From positions 1 to 64,000 of IMG/VR virus record IMGVR_UViG_3300022925_000008: a DNA stretch of 64,000 bases. The stretch is one strand, 5' to 3'. The translations under genes and the position numbers were made by a program. The DNA comes from a virus. The notes below the pieces were generated by a model. The model ran no database searches. It had not been told where the DNA came from and was given only the letters and a program-made list of their open reading frames with translations. Positions 1 to 10,101 of the stretch are shown piece by piece. The first letter of the stretch is position 1. Each line of letters opens with the position of its first letter.

Positions 1-3000
1 AGTAGTCCCAACCAACAAGTTGCCGCTTGCATCAATGCGCATGGCTTCAGAGTCAGCCGTAGCAAAGGCTAAAACAGCATCAGATGCTATTGCGCTAACT
101 GCGCCATTTGCACCAGAATACAAAGAAAAAGCGTTACCTATTTCTAACTTCTGCGTATTGGCCGGGTTAGTTTGCGTGAGAAACGCCTTGTCAGCAGAGT
201 TGTGTATTGATAGCACTGTAGCAGGAGAATCCGTACCAATCCCGACGAAACCGCTTGAATCAATGCGCATGCGTTCTGAGCCATTTTGGTCGAAGACAAA
301 GCCTCTACTAGCACTGTTATGCTTAAACGTCAGTCCTGTATCATTTAAGAAAATATCTGCGGCATAGTTTGAAGTTAACTCCTCTGCTGAAAGTTGAACA
401 TAAGCATTGGTTTGGCCTGTCTTTTGCGCCCTAACCTTACCAACAGCATGAGCCGCAACGCTTGGCAAATTAGTCCCAATCCCGACGCGGCCGCCTCCTT
501 GCTGTAGTATTAAGTTGCCCCAAGTACTTCGTCCAGCGGTCAAAGACCTTAAAGAAGTATAAGTGGCTCCAGTAGTTGCGCCCATTGTAATGTCAAACGT
601 ACTTCCTGCTGTGTTTGTAACAAAATCATCGTTTGCAAAGGTAGCGTGTGGTAAGGAGGCACCTTGCACCCATAAAGAGGTTAAAGGAGAAGTCGTCCCA
701 ATCCCTAGCGACTCTGCCGAAGCATCCCAGAAGAACTTAGGCGTCGTGCCAGTGTCTTCGTAGAAGCTGATGTCGCCGTCGTGAGATATTCTAAAACGTT
801 CTTTTGCTCCGCTGTTGTACGTATTGATTGTGAAGTCAGCAACACCACCAGCGGCTTGAGCAGAAATAACGTCCAACGTAACTTCTTCTTTAGCACCGCC
901 TGCCGAAGCGTCAGCGCTATAAAAAGCTAAACGGCCCCAAGGCGCTGTTGTTGACCAATCACTAGCACTTGTAGAAGTTGCAATTGTTATCTTGCTTGGG
1001 GTTGGCGAAGCGCTTCCAGTTGCAGTATCCACAGTCAAACCGTCGCTGACCAGAGTACCCGTCACGTCAACGCCGGTAGCGGTGGTGGTCAGCTTTGGTG
1101 CGTCATCGTAGTAAATAACAACTTCTGCATCATTATTACAATAAATGTAATTCTCTCCAGTATTACTTTGTAAAAACAAGTCATTATACTGAATATATAA
1201 ATTTCCTGTCCCAGCCTCTGTTATATAACTATTAGAACCATCATGGTAAATTTGTAAGTCAGAGCCATCACCGAAGATGGCTTTGCTGTTGTCTGCAAAG
1301 TTAAGAGTTTCAGAACTAGCGTCCCATGTCATCTTCGCAGTCGTGCCATCCGAATCGTAGAAGCTGATGTCTCCTGTTGATGTGTCTACCTTAAATCGGT
1401 CTGTTCCAAATTCTGTTTCAACTAGAAATTGTGTATCGCCTTTTACAGTAACTCCTGCATCATTTGCGTTTAAGATAATGTTTTCTGCTGTAGAAGAAGC
1501 AATAACAAGATTGTCAAAAGAATCATCACCAATAGTATGACCATCACCAAAAGTCACAGTACCCGTTACGGCTGCGCCTGTGTCACTTGTTGCTATCCTA
1601 ACACTACCATCATAGTACATGTAAGAAACGCCACCATTGTTTCCAGCAAACATGAGCTTATCTTCAGCAGCGTTATAAACTCTAAAGTTATTACCTTTTA
1701 ATACTAAATTGCCAGTGCCTTGGTCGCTAACGTAACTATGGCTACCATCATGGTAAATCTGTAGGTCAGAGCCAGCACCGAACACAACTCTACCATTATC
1801 AGGTAAGTAGATGTCGTGACTAAAGATGGCTGAACCACTGTCTGACATATCCAAAGTGAGAGCGGTAAATATAGCACCATCATCTTTACCATTGAAGATA
1901 ATATCAGCATTATCTTGAGGAGAATATACGACTAGATTATCAGAAGTATTTGTAAATCTTCCAAATTCTATTGCAGCATCATATAAACGAATTAGACCAG
2001 TGTCGGCATTAAGATTAATATTACCGTCTACATCTAGGGTTAAGTTACCAGATGGAACATCAATTTCTTTGTTGGCACCTGCAATGAAGTCAAACTGAGT
2101 AGTGCCGGCATCTTTGATGGTTACATTACCGCCATCAGCATCTAGAGTAATGTTACCAGAAGCATCTACGAGATATTCACCTGTAACATTGGTGGTAAAG
2201 TTGTCACCAGATGTTTGTGTGAAGGTTGTACCTGATGTTTGTGTGAAGGTTGTACCTGATGTTTGTGCAATGGTAGTACCAGTTGTTAAAGCATAAGAAC
2301 CTGTACTTGCAGTTTGGACAATATTGGTTCCTGCAACATGTGTTAATGTTGTTCCAGCAGAATCAAGAATTGAACCAGATACATTGCGAGTAAGATTACC
2401 AGTCCAATTCTCTACGTTGGTAGCACCTAAGTCATATCGAACTCTAGTAGTAGCGCCATCATCAAAACGAATATTATTACCGTCAGCATCTAAAGTAATA
2501 TCACCAACAGCATCTATAGTATAATTGTTCGGAACAGTAATAGTATAATTAGCGTCATCAGCTAATGTGTGGGTTACGGTATCTCCACCTGCTCCATTCT
2601 TAAAGATGATATCATTACCATCAGCATCCAGGGTGATATCTCCCGAAACATCTACAAGATACTCTCCAGTGACATTAGTGGTAAAGTTGTCACCAGATGT
2701 TTGTGTAAAGGTTGTACCAGACGTTTGACTAATAGAACCTGTTATGGCAGTGTCAGATATATTTGTACCAGCAGTTCTATCAATAGTGGTTCCAGCGTCT
2801 TCATCAATAGACCCTGTGATGTTGACAACAGAGTTTCCTCCAGCGGTTAATGTATAGTTAGTACCTACAGTATGTGTAGTGGTTGTTCCGGAAACCGTTT
2901 GTATAGAAGTTCCAGCCGAATCAAAGATGGAGCCTCCAACGTTGGTAGTTAAACTACCGCCTATAGAAATATCAGTTGTGGCCCCAAGAGTATAAGTTAC

Positions 3001-3813
3001 TCTTATGTTCCCATCGTCTTTAAGTACAATATTGTCTCCAGCAGCATCTAATATAATGTCGCCCACTGTATCAACGGTATAGTTGGCGGGGGAAGTAATA
3101 GTGTAATCCCCATTGTCTGCTAATGTGTGTACAACTTCGTCCCCACCAGCACCATTCTTGAATCGAATGTCATTGCCGTCTGCGTCTAAAGTAATATCAC
3201 CAGAAACGTCTAATACTAAATCTCCTGTTCGAGATACAGTACCATCAGTGGCAAAATTATAATCTGTAACACCTGCGTCTTTGAAAGTAATATTACCCCC
3301 ATCCGCATCTAGGATGATATCACTAACAGTGTCTATAGTATAATTATTAGGAGATGCGATGATATAGTTACCATCGTTTGCAAGAGTGTGAGTTACAGTA
3401 TCTCCGCCTGCGCCGTTTTTGAATATTATATCGTTACCATCAGCGTCTAAAATGATATCGCCTAATGCATCAACTGTAAAATTTCCTCGTGGTGCATTTA
3501 GTTGTAATGCACCAGCAGCACTATCATAGATAAATTCCCCATGAACAGTATTTGTTTTACCGTTATGGAGAAACAAACTTCCACCGTCTATTCTGAGATA
3601 AAGATCGCTGTCTTGCTGATTAATTCTGTAATCAAGTTCAATTAAGACTCCTGCTATATCGCTATCTTTCTCAAAAGAAGTTCCTGGATTGATAAGTAAT
3701 GTTCTTTTATCACCAAGGTCGTCGCTTATTTGGTTGACTTTACGACGCATCTCATTGAGGTTATCAACAAGGGCGACAACTGTTGGTCTTGGGTATCCGT
3801 ACGGGTCTGCCAT
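1..3813 (-). CDS. Long tail fibre / receptor-binding protein (partial, >1271 aa, 3' end outside window)
   Basis: ATG at 3813 overlaps the upstream stop (TAATG). Spot-translated segments are in frame to position 1 and show fibre repeats DIILDADGNDIIFKNGAGG, FGxGSDLQIYHDGS, GDISFY and ERMRIDSSG/EAMRIDASGNLLVGTT. The ORF track misses it because there is no stop in the window. Confidence 0.9.
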   Translation of the reverse strand, partial: MADPYGYPRPTVVALVDNLNEMRRKVNQISDDLGDKRTLLINPGTSFEKDSDIAGVLIELDYRINQQDSDLYLRIDGGSLFLHNGKTNTVHGEFIYDSAAGALQLNAPRGNFTVDALGDIILDADGNDIIFKNGAGGDTVTHTLANDGNYIIASPNNYTIDTVSDIILDADGGNITFKDAGVTDYNFATDGTVSRTGDLVLDVSGDITLDADGNDIRFKNGAGGDEVVHTLADNGDYTITSPANYTVDTVGDIILDAAGDNIVLKDDGNIRVTYTLGATTDISIGGSLTTNVGGSIFDSAGTSIQTVSGTTTTHTVGTNYTLTAGGNSVVNITGSIDEDAGTTIDRTAGTNISDTAITGSISQTSGTTFTQTSGDNFTTNVTGEYLVDVSGDITLDADGNDIIFKNGAGGDTVTHTLADDANYTITVPNNYTIDAVGDITLDADGNNIRFDDGATTRVRYDLGATNVENWTGNLTRNVSGSILDSAGTTLTHVAGTNIVQTASTGSYALTTGTTIAQTSGTTFTQTSGTTFTQTSGDNFTTNVTGEYLVDASGNITLDADGGNVTIKDAGTTQFDFIAGANKEIDVPSGNLTLDVDGNINLNADTGLIRLYDAAIEFGRFTNTSDNLVVYSPQDNADIIFNGKDDGAIFTALTLDMSDSGSAIFSHDIYLPDNGRVVFGAGSDLQIYHDGSHSYVSDQGTGNLVLKGNNFRVYNAAEDKLMFAGNNGGVSYMYYDGSVRIATSDTGAAVTGTVTFGDGHTIGDDSFDNLVIASSTAENIILNANDAGVTVKGDTQFLVETEFGTDRFKVDTSTGDISFYDSDGTTAKMTWDASSETLNFADNSKAIFGDGSDLQIYHDGSNSYITEAGTGNLYIQYNDLFLQSNTGENYIYCNNDAEVVIYYDDAPKLTTTATGVDVTGTLVSDGLTVDTATGSASPTPSKITIATSTSASDWSTTAPWGRLAFYSADASAGGAKEEVTLDVISAQAAGGVADFTINTYNSGAKERFRISHDGDISFYEDTGTTPKFFWDASAESLGIGTTSPLTSLWVQGASLPHATFANDDFVTNTAGSTFDITMGATTGATYTSLRSLTAGRSTWGNLILQQGGGRVGIGTNLPSVAAHAVGKVRAQKTGQTNAYVQLSAEELTSNYAADIFLNDTGLTFKHNSASRGFVFDQNGSERMRIDSSGFVGIGTDSPATVLSIHNSADKAFLTQTNPANTQKLEIGNAFSLYSGANGAVSAIASDAVLAFATADSEAMRIDASGNLLVGTT
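2210..2281. repeat. 24-bp tandem repeat x3 (GATGTTTGTGTGAAGGTTGTACCT), coding GTTFTQTS units
   Basis: Two identical copies at 2210-2233 and 2234-2257, a degenerate third at 2258-2281, and a related copy near 2696-2720. Confidence 0.9.
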
Positions 3814-4037
3814 TATAGTTTCTCTAATATTTTAGTTAACATGACTTTAATATCAGAAACTTCGCTTTGAAGGTCATTAACTTGCTGCTCTAGCATTTGG
3901 TTTTTTGCCTTTGCTTCAAGTTTTTTCTTTTTCCTTTCGCGGGCTGCTTCTGCTTCACGTTTATTTATATTAATTATCGCGCCCGATTGAGCGTCTCTTG
4001 CCAATCCAGAATGGCCGTCCACCTTTAATAAATCCAT
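3813..4037 (-). CDS. Conserved T4-like small coiled-coil protein
   Basis: 74 aa, LKVDGHSGLARDAQSGAIIN start, C-terminal heptads; coupled to both neighbours by TAATG overlaps. Confidence 0.75.
   Translation of the reverse strand: MDLLKVDGHSGLARDAQSGAIININKREAEAARERKKKKLEAKAKNQMLEQQVNDLQSEVSDIKVMLTKILEKL
3962..3969 (-). promoter_or_regulatory. Possible T4 late promoter (TATAAATA) upstream of tail fibre
   Basis: Exact octamer about 150 nt upstream of the fibre ATG, inside the preceding ORF. Confidence 0.4.
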
Positions 4038-7000
4038 TAATCCACCATCGCTATTGCTCGTAAATCTCTAATCTTTGGCACTGCCGAAGAGTTGACAGAC
4101 CGGAAAACAATCTTCAATTGATATTCACTAAACGAGTCTAGAGTTCCATCATCACCACCTATGAGATATGTATATTCTCTGAATATAGATGGATTATCAT
4201 CAGAAGGTAATGTATTCTCAGGAGTATCCAATATCCAAGATTTATCAATAATATTTTCACCTTCTGCTGCAGTTCTATAGTAAAGGTCAAAGTTAGACCC
4301 ATTGGGTCGGTTGGCAGCAAGCAATACTTTGATACCAACTGCGTCTTCTGCAAGAGTCACAGGAACGGTAATGTGTTTTGCTAGATGAGTACCATTATAT
4401 GGATCTGTTTCTGGAATGTATTTAATTGGTACAATTTTACCATTAGCCGTGCTCGAGGCGTCTTGATCATCAATAATATTCTCGATCAACGTCAATGAAC
4501 AACGTTGTAGATCAAGCATCGGAGAAACAAAACCAGCACTACTAGTGAAATCTATTTTTACTGTTGCTGATCTACCACCATTCAGATTTCCTGGTAGGTT
4601 CTCATTATAACGATTCGCAACAACTTTAGGATAATCAAAAGAAGTATTTATTTTAGGAGTAATTCTAGAATAAACAGTTGCCTTATCATATGGAGATATA
4701 ATTGCTGGTTCTGGTCCTGCTACTGGTTTACCCGTGGTAAACTTATATGCCGCTGAGACCGAAGTATAGTTTGGTACAATTGTTTGTGCTTCGAGATTTG
4801 CAATATTGAAATGTACATTGCGGTCAGAATAAACATCATCTCCGCCCGTAACAGAAGTGACAGTAGCATTAGTATCAGCGTTGAAAGCATAACCTGCGCC
4901 ATCAACTTTGGTAACTGCTCTTCTGCCCATTATTGCAGAACCTAAAATTCCGCCATAACTGGTGCTTGAATCAAGTCCAGTAACATTGGCCATATCATTG
5001 ACCAACAACCCGCAGTCTTTATGCTCTACATAAATTTCAGGAGAACCTGCTGTCGTATAGATTGGATTTTCTTTTAATAATTTTGCTGGAACGTCTGCAT
5101 TATTCAGAATAGCAAATCCACTACGTTTAAACGATGCTCTATAAATTTTGTACATCATGTCTATTTGTTGACTTGGTTCCCATATTCTAGAGTTTTGTGA
5201 TTTGAAGAAAGATCCTAAAGAAGGCTGTTTGAGGATTCTAACATCACTCGACCCCAAAACAAATTTCTCCATTTCTGCCACGTAAACGTTATATTTTACT
5301 GTATTTGGAGCAATCACACAAATTGCATATCCAGTAAAGGGACTTAAGAAAACTGGTTCATCAAACTCGAAAATGGTTGGTAAACTATTAATCTGTGCCA
5401 TTGTTGGAGTAGCATAAGTTTCTGTCACAGCAGTAACTTGTGACGCTGCCAAAGTTTTACTTGTCATAGATTGAAATGCAGAAGGAGCTCCATTTACTTC
5501 TGGGCGAATCTCTACTCGAACAGGAATGTTCGGATCTTTAGTTGCAAAAAATAATGCAACCTTGGTCATATAAATTCCATATTGATTATCGACATAGAAA
5601 GTTTGTGCAACTGGATCAACGTTCAATCCTCGTTTGCCGCCTCTGCCGCCTGGTCGACCAGTCTTCTTTGTTGGATAAACACCATGATTTATTTGTTTTG
5701 ATGATATATTCCTAGGTTCTGTTCCATCAACAAGTAATCCGTTTCCGCCTGGGTTTACCGTCTCAACTTTTTCTGCAACATTAGGTTCAGGGTCAAATTG
5801 GGCTGCGGTTTGGACAGCTGGGGTGAGTGCAACTGAATATGCTGGATCAACAACAGGATTTCCGCTGATGGATGCATTAATTGAACTAATTAGGGCTGGT
5901 GCTTCTACTAAAACGACATCGGGTTCAACGCTGATAGTATCAGAGAGTGCCGCATTTTGTTCCGAAGTGTTTGTTGGTCCGGGATAATATGTACCCGTTG
6001 TCGTAGTACCTTCACCACCAGCACCACCCAAAGATCCAATAGTTACATAATTATATGGAACACTGTATCCATAAGGAAGCGTGAGGTTGGCAGATTCTAC
6101 TACAGTTCCACCAGAGGTATTTCCAACCCCACCTTCATTGGAAAGTACATCGATTAATGGTCCGTTTTCAACCTCTACTTGTGCTTCAATAATTGGGTCA
6201 TTTGCTGCTGGTTCAGCAGGTAAATCTGTATTATCCGCGTCAGTATTAGGTTCTGCAGAATCTTCATAAACAATAACTTCAATTATGATTGGGTCTTGTT
6301 CAACATATTTAATAACCTCAACCTCAATAATTTCCGGCGGCAAAGCAGCTGCCGGAACTTCTACTTCGATTTTTTCTACTACAACGACTTCAACACGTTC
6401 TTGTATGGTCGTATCAGATTCTGTTTCAACCAAAGTGTCTTCGGTATAATTTACAGTTGTTACTTCACCCAAAACCCTTGTTGACAAAACTTCTTTTTGC
6501 CTTGTTTGAAGCGTTCCTGCTGCTGTATATACGCTAGAAGCTTTACAAATTGCTGCAGCATCATTATTTTTATTTACATCTAATAATTTGAATTCTAAAG
6601 CACCGCAACGGAATCTCCAAACATCATCTTGTGGATTATAACCATTTGTTGTAAGCGCAGGGGGTCTAATATTAGGTATAAAGAATGATCCGATAACAGT
6701 ACCAGAAGCATCGGTAGTTAGTGCAGTTGAACCCTGTGGGTGTGAAACAGTTGTACGACTAGTATTTGCATTTCCGTTATCTTCGGGTCTGTCCGCCCAT
6801 TGAACATATGTAGATTCTTGTCGACACCAATTAGAAACATTATACCCATCGAAATAAGGAAATACGTTTGTATTTGGACGAAGTCCTTCTGCCATAAACC
6901 AAATTCTTCTCGACCTCATCCAAGGAATTAGAGCGGTCTGAACAATTCTATCGCCAATGACTTCTTGTATTGTCTCTGAAGAAACAATTCTACTTACAGT

Positions 7001-10000
7001 GTGTGCTGTAGTTGTTGTAGTAGTCGTGGTTGATGTATCTGTCACAGAAGATGTTGTTCCATCATCAACTGAAGTGGAATTTTTTACTACATTCTTAGAT
7101 GAACCAACAACCTCGGATGTTTGGTTGGTGATTGATCCAACTTCTAAGGTATTTGGATCAGACCCAGCCCAGTTCCATTCATGTTCGTTCCACAAATACG
7201 CTTGTACTTTGTCTATTCTCTGTCCGCCGTCTACAACTTTGTTAGCGGCATATTCAACATCTTTCCACTCGTCAGAAGCGGGAGATAGTTTCATCGTTCC
7301 ATTATAATTTGGTATTAAAAATGGATTTACTGGTTCTGCCCCTGAAGAAATATTAATGCTCTGCCATTCTAAATCTTCATATTGAAGATAAACATTATCA
7401 CCCTTTTTAACAACTCCCTTAGAGGCAGATACATCAAACACCAAACGAATATTGTCAGCATCATATATTGGACGAACTACTTTACTTGCCATATCAACAG
7501 ATGCTCTATAATCCGGCAACGATGTGGCAGAAAATACTTGATCAGCAAAGTTATCAGCAAAAAACCCAGACTTGGTTCTTAAATTACCATCAGCGTCAAG
7601 AACATTTAAATTTTTAGTGTCTAATTCTAATAAACTCAAAGAAGTTACTTCCTCGAGGCGATCAACTTTCTGCTCAATCTTACCAATATCTGCCATAGTA
7701 TATCGACGGGATTCAATGTGTGTCGATTTTATGTCAGATGGATTCAAAGTGTTGGCGTTCATTAAGACCTTATAGAGTTCTAATGCACCTTCTGGCGTTT
7801 TTCTATACTGTGGGTTAGTTGATGGAACGCCCTGCATATACATAAATTTGCCTTCTTGCGTAAACAACAATTTGTCAGCGCGGGGCAAATAATAAGATAC
7901 ATCTGCAGTTATATTTGTTGCTCTCTTAGGTACAAAGAAATTATCTGTACCATTAACTACATTACCAGACGCGTCAAGGTCAGGACGAAAATCCAAAACG
8001 TTGAACAACCTAGTGGTTGCGTCAGATCTTGGTTGATAGGTTGGAATGTTGTCATATGTAGAAAGCAAACCATCAGTAACGTTATCTAAATAAGACTCAA
8101 CAGAATAAAAATTACCACCTGGTTGGCGTGCATAATGATAGAATTTTGCATAAACTGGACCAGAATATGGGTATCTTTTGATTAATCTACTTTCTTCATA
8201 ATGGGTATCTTTTTGCCCACCATCTAATGTAAAATACTGAGAGATATTATCTCCTGCTGCACTATCTTTCACTTCAGCCAGTTGATATACGTCATGTTGC
8301 CCTAAAGAAACCGCAGTGTTCCCAGAAGTTGTGACAGATCCAGGCGTTTGACCCAAATATCCGATTGTGGGGTATTTATTTTTTTCAACAGCGTTGGCAA
8401 GAACCTTATATCCAGCCACTTCATAATTGATATTATTTTGTAATCCAGAAATATCTGCTTGAGTTGAATTTCCATTAAGAACTATCGAAACCGGCACCTG
8501 ACCAGAATCAGCACTAGCCACTATCCAATTAGAAGTGTCTGTGAAGTTAAATCCGTCTGAAGTTGTTATCGAACGAGTCGTACCCGTTCCAGTAATATTT
8601 TCTTCAAACTGGTAGGTATAAGTGATATCAGAAATTGCACTTGGTCTTGGCCTTGGAAGGCGGAATAATAAATCTTTGTTTCTTTCATCGCCTTTGACAA
8701 CTGCTCGCGCTGGGTTTCCTTCCAAGACTATATTATAATAATCTGTGGCCCCTAACCCAATGCTTCTGGCAGTACGGAATCCGCCAGTAAACTGCGATGG
8801 AGATTTTCCGATATACAGTCTAGTTGTATTACCAAAACCTCTTTCTATTGCCCTTATGGTGATAGTACCTATAATAGAACCACCAGCGCCAGTTCCATTA
8901 TAAACGTTTACTGGAGTATTTAATTCAGGAAGACCTCTATGCGTTGTATCATCAGTATTATCAACAACAATATATCTGTCATAGATCACAGGTATCTGTT
9001 CGTTCGTTACTAATTCTGCAGAAGTGGGTTTAGGAATTACCAACCTTGTTGGCGCTGGAGCAACTGCTCGGTGACCATTAATATATGCAATGCCCTTGGA
9101 AATATTTAGATAAAGTTTATCATTTACTGCAGAATCAACCTGTTCGAACTGAATCTTAAATGGTTCAACCATATAATTACCAGATTCTTCGAAAGTTCTT
9201 TTTGCTAGCACATCATTGATTTTGTTATATTGGTTTGATCCTGTGCCTGCTTGTGTAACAACGCCTTCGGTAATTCTCGCCAAGAAAACAAAGTTTTCTG
9301 TGGTTTTTACAGTTTCTTCTTTTGCTAATAGTAATCGAATCCTATATCTGTCTGCTCCAGGAGAAGTTAGGTTTGGTGTTCCTGATTGATTGTCAAATAG
9401 GTCAACAGTATCGCTGGAAGTGAAAATATCCTGAACAACTTTGAATCCGACGTTTCCAGTATAACCCGAAAAGTATTTTGACAAAATTAATGATTGCGGG
9501 TTGACATGTACGAAATGACCCAACACAAAAATATCACCCCCAGCCACTGATACTTTACAACCAGTGCCGAGCGGAGTAATACCAGAGGTGCTCGTGCTAG
9601 CAGATTCTATTAATAGATTACCAGCGGAACAAGTTAGAACTTCGCCTGGAGTAAACCTTACTGCTGTCCCTCCACTTGTTCCAGCAGAAGTGTCTGTATA
9701 AGCTACATAAATCGTTGGAACGTTCGTCGTATCATTACTTGCAGAACCCGCAAGAACATATTGAACAATTCTTCCAACAACACCAGAAGTTTGTCCTGTT
9801 ATTGTCGAACCCACGTGAGAAGGAGAAAGGTCACCGCCAGTGGCGTTCAGCCTAACATATTCATAACTATTATTTACACTGACCCCACCAGGATTAACGA
9901 TTGCTCCGTTTTTAAATAGATTATTACCCAGCCTTTGAATTTCGGCTTGGATAATAGATTGCATTTCATTCAGTTCTCTCGCTTGGAGAGCTCTTCCGCC

Positions 10001-10090
10001 GTTAAACAATACCTTATGGTATCCTTTACCTTCGGTCCAATCATCATTGTATGTTGTGGCAAATGTGTTTTGAGTAAATGTGTTAGGCAT
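4037..10090 (-). CDS. Large virion structural protein, DUF4815/VrlC-like
   Basis: 2017 aa; N-terminal YHKVLFNGGRALQARELNEMQS, RYTMADIGKIEQKVDRLEEVTSLSLLE and DPVAQTF motifs; baseplate context. Confidence 0.8.
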   Translation of the reverse strand: MPNTFTQNTFATTYNDDWTEGKGYHKVLFNGGRALQARELNEMQSIIQAEIQRLGNNLFKNGAIVNPGGVSVNNSYEYVRLNATGGDLSPSHVGSTITGQTSGVVGRIVQYVLAGSASNDTTNVPTIYVAYTDTSAGTSGGTAVRFTPGEVLTCSAGNLLIESASTSTSGITPLGTGCKVSVAGGDIFVLGHFVHVNPQSLILSKYFSGYTGNVGFKVVQDIFTSSDTVDLFDNQSGTPNLTSPGADRYRIRLLLAKEETVKTTENFVFLARITEGVVTQAGTGSNQYNKINDVLAKRTFEESGNYMVEPFKIQFEQVDSAVNDKLYLNISKGIAYINGHRAVAPAPTRLVIPKPTSAELVTNEQIPVIYDRYIVVDNTDDTTHRGLPELNTPVNVYNGTGAGGSIIGTITIRAIERGFGNTTRLYIGKSPSQFTGGFRTARSIGLGATDYYNIVLEGNPARAVVKGDERNKDLLFRLPRPRPSAISDITYTYQFEENITGTGTTRSITTSDGFNFTDTSNWIVASADSGQVPVSIVLNGNSTQADISGLQNNINYEVAGYKVLANAVEKNKYPTIGYLGQTPGSVTTSGNTAVSLGQHDVYQLAEVKDSAAGDNISQYFTLDGGQKDTHYEESRLIKRYPYSGPVYAKFYHYARQPGGNFYSVESYLDNVTDGLLSTYDNIPTYQPRSDATTRLFNVLDFRPDLDASGNVVNGTDNFFVPKRATNITADVSYYLPRADKLLFTQEGKFMYMQGVPSTNPQYRKTPEGALELYKVLMNANTLNPSDIKSTHIESRRYTMADIGKIEQKVDRLEEVTSLSLLELDTKNLNVLDADGNLRTKSGFFADNFADQVFSATSLPDYRASVDMASKVVRPIYDADNIRLVFDVSASKGVVKKGDNVYLQYEDLEWQSINISSGAEPVNPFLIPNYNGTMKLSPASDEWKDVEYAANKVVDGGQRIDKVQAYLWNEHEWNWAGSDPNTLEVGSITNQTSEVVGSSKNVVKNSTSVDDGTTSSVTDTSTTTTTTTTAHTVSRIVSSETIQEVIGDRIVQTALIPWMRSRRIWFMAEGLRPNTNVFPYFDGYNVSNWCRQESTYVQWADRPEDNGNANTSRTTVSHPQGSTALTTDASGTVIGSFFIPNIRPPALTTNGYNPQDDVWRFRCGALEFKLLDVNKNNDAAAICKASSVYTAAGTLQTRQKEVLSTRVLGEVTTVNYTEDTLVETESDTTIQERVEVVVVEKIEVEVPAAALPPEIIEVEVIKYVEQDPIIIEVIVYEDSAEPNTDADNTDLPAEPAANDPIIEAQVEVENGPLIDVLSNEGGVGNTSGGTVVESANLTLPYGYSVPYNYVTIGSLGGAGGEGTTTTGTYYPGPTNTSEQNAALSDTISVEPDVVLVEAPALISSINASISGNPVVDPAYSVALTPAVQTAAQFDPEPNVAEKVETVNPGGNGLLVDGTEPRNISSKQINHGVYPTKKTGRPGGRGGKRGLNVDPVAQTFYVDNQYGIYMTKVALFFATKDPNIPVRVEIRPEVNGAPSAFQSMTSKTLAASQVTAVTETYATPTMAQINSLPTIFEFDEPVFLSPFTGYAICVIAPNTVKYNVYVAEMEKFVLGSSDVRILKQPSLGSFFKSQNSRIWEPSQQIDMMYKIYRASFKRSGFAILNNADVPAKLLKENPIYTTAGSPEIYVEHKDCGLLVNDMANVTGLDSSTSYGGILGSAIMGRRAVTKVDGAGYAFNADTNATVTSVTGGDDVYSDRNVHFNIANLEAQTIVPNYTSVSAAYKFTTGKPVAGPEPAIISPYDKATVYSRITPKINTSFDYPKVVANRYNENLPGNLNGGRSATVKIDFTSSAGFVSPMLDLQRCSLTLIENIIDDQDASSTANGKIVPIKYIPETDPYNGTHLAKHITVPVTLAEDAVGIKVLLAANRPNGSNFDLYYRTAAEGENIIDKSWILDTPENTLPSDDNPSIFREYTYLIGGDDGTLDSFSEYQLKIVFRSVNSSAVPKIRDLRAIAMVD

Positions 10091-10101
10091 TATTCTGACC
10101 T

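Noticed and set aside
2210-2281. 24-bp repeats as a CRISPR mini-array
   Set aside because: They are head-to-tail with no spacers and in frame within the fibre gene.
1-3813. Diversity-generating retroelement acting on the tail fibre
   Set aside because: There is no reverse transcriptase in the window, and mismatches between repeats are not adenine-specific. The fibre C-terminus is outside the window, so a DGR elsewhere is not excluded.
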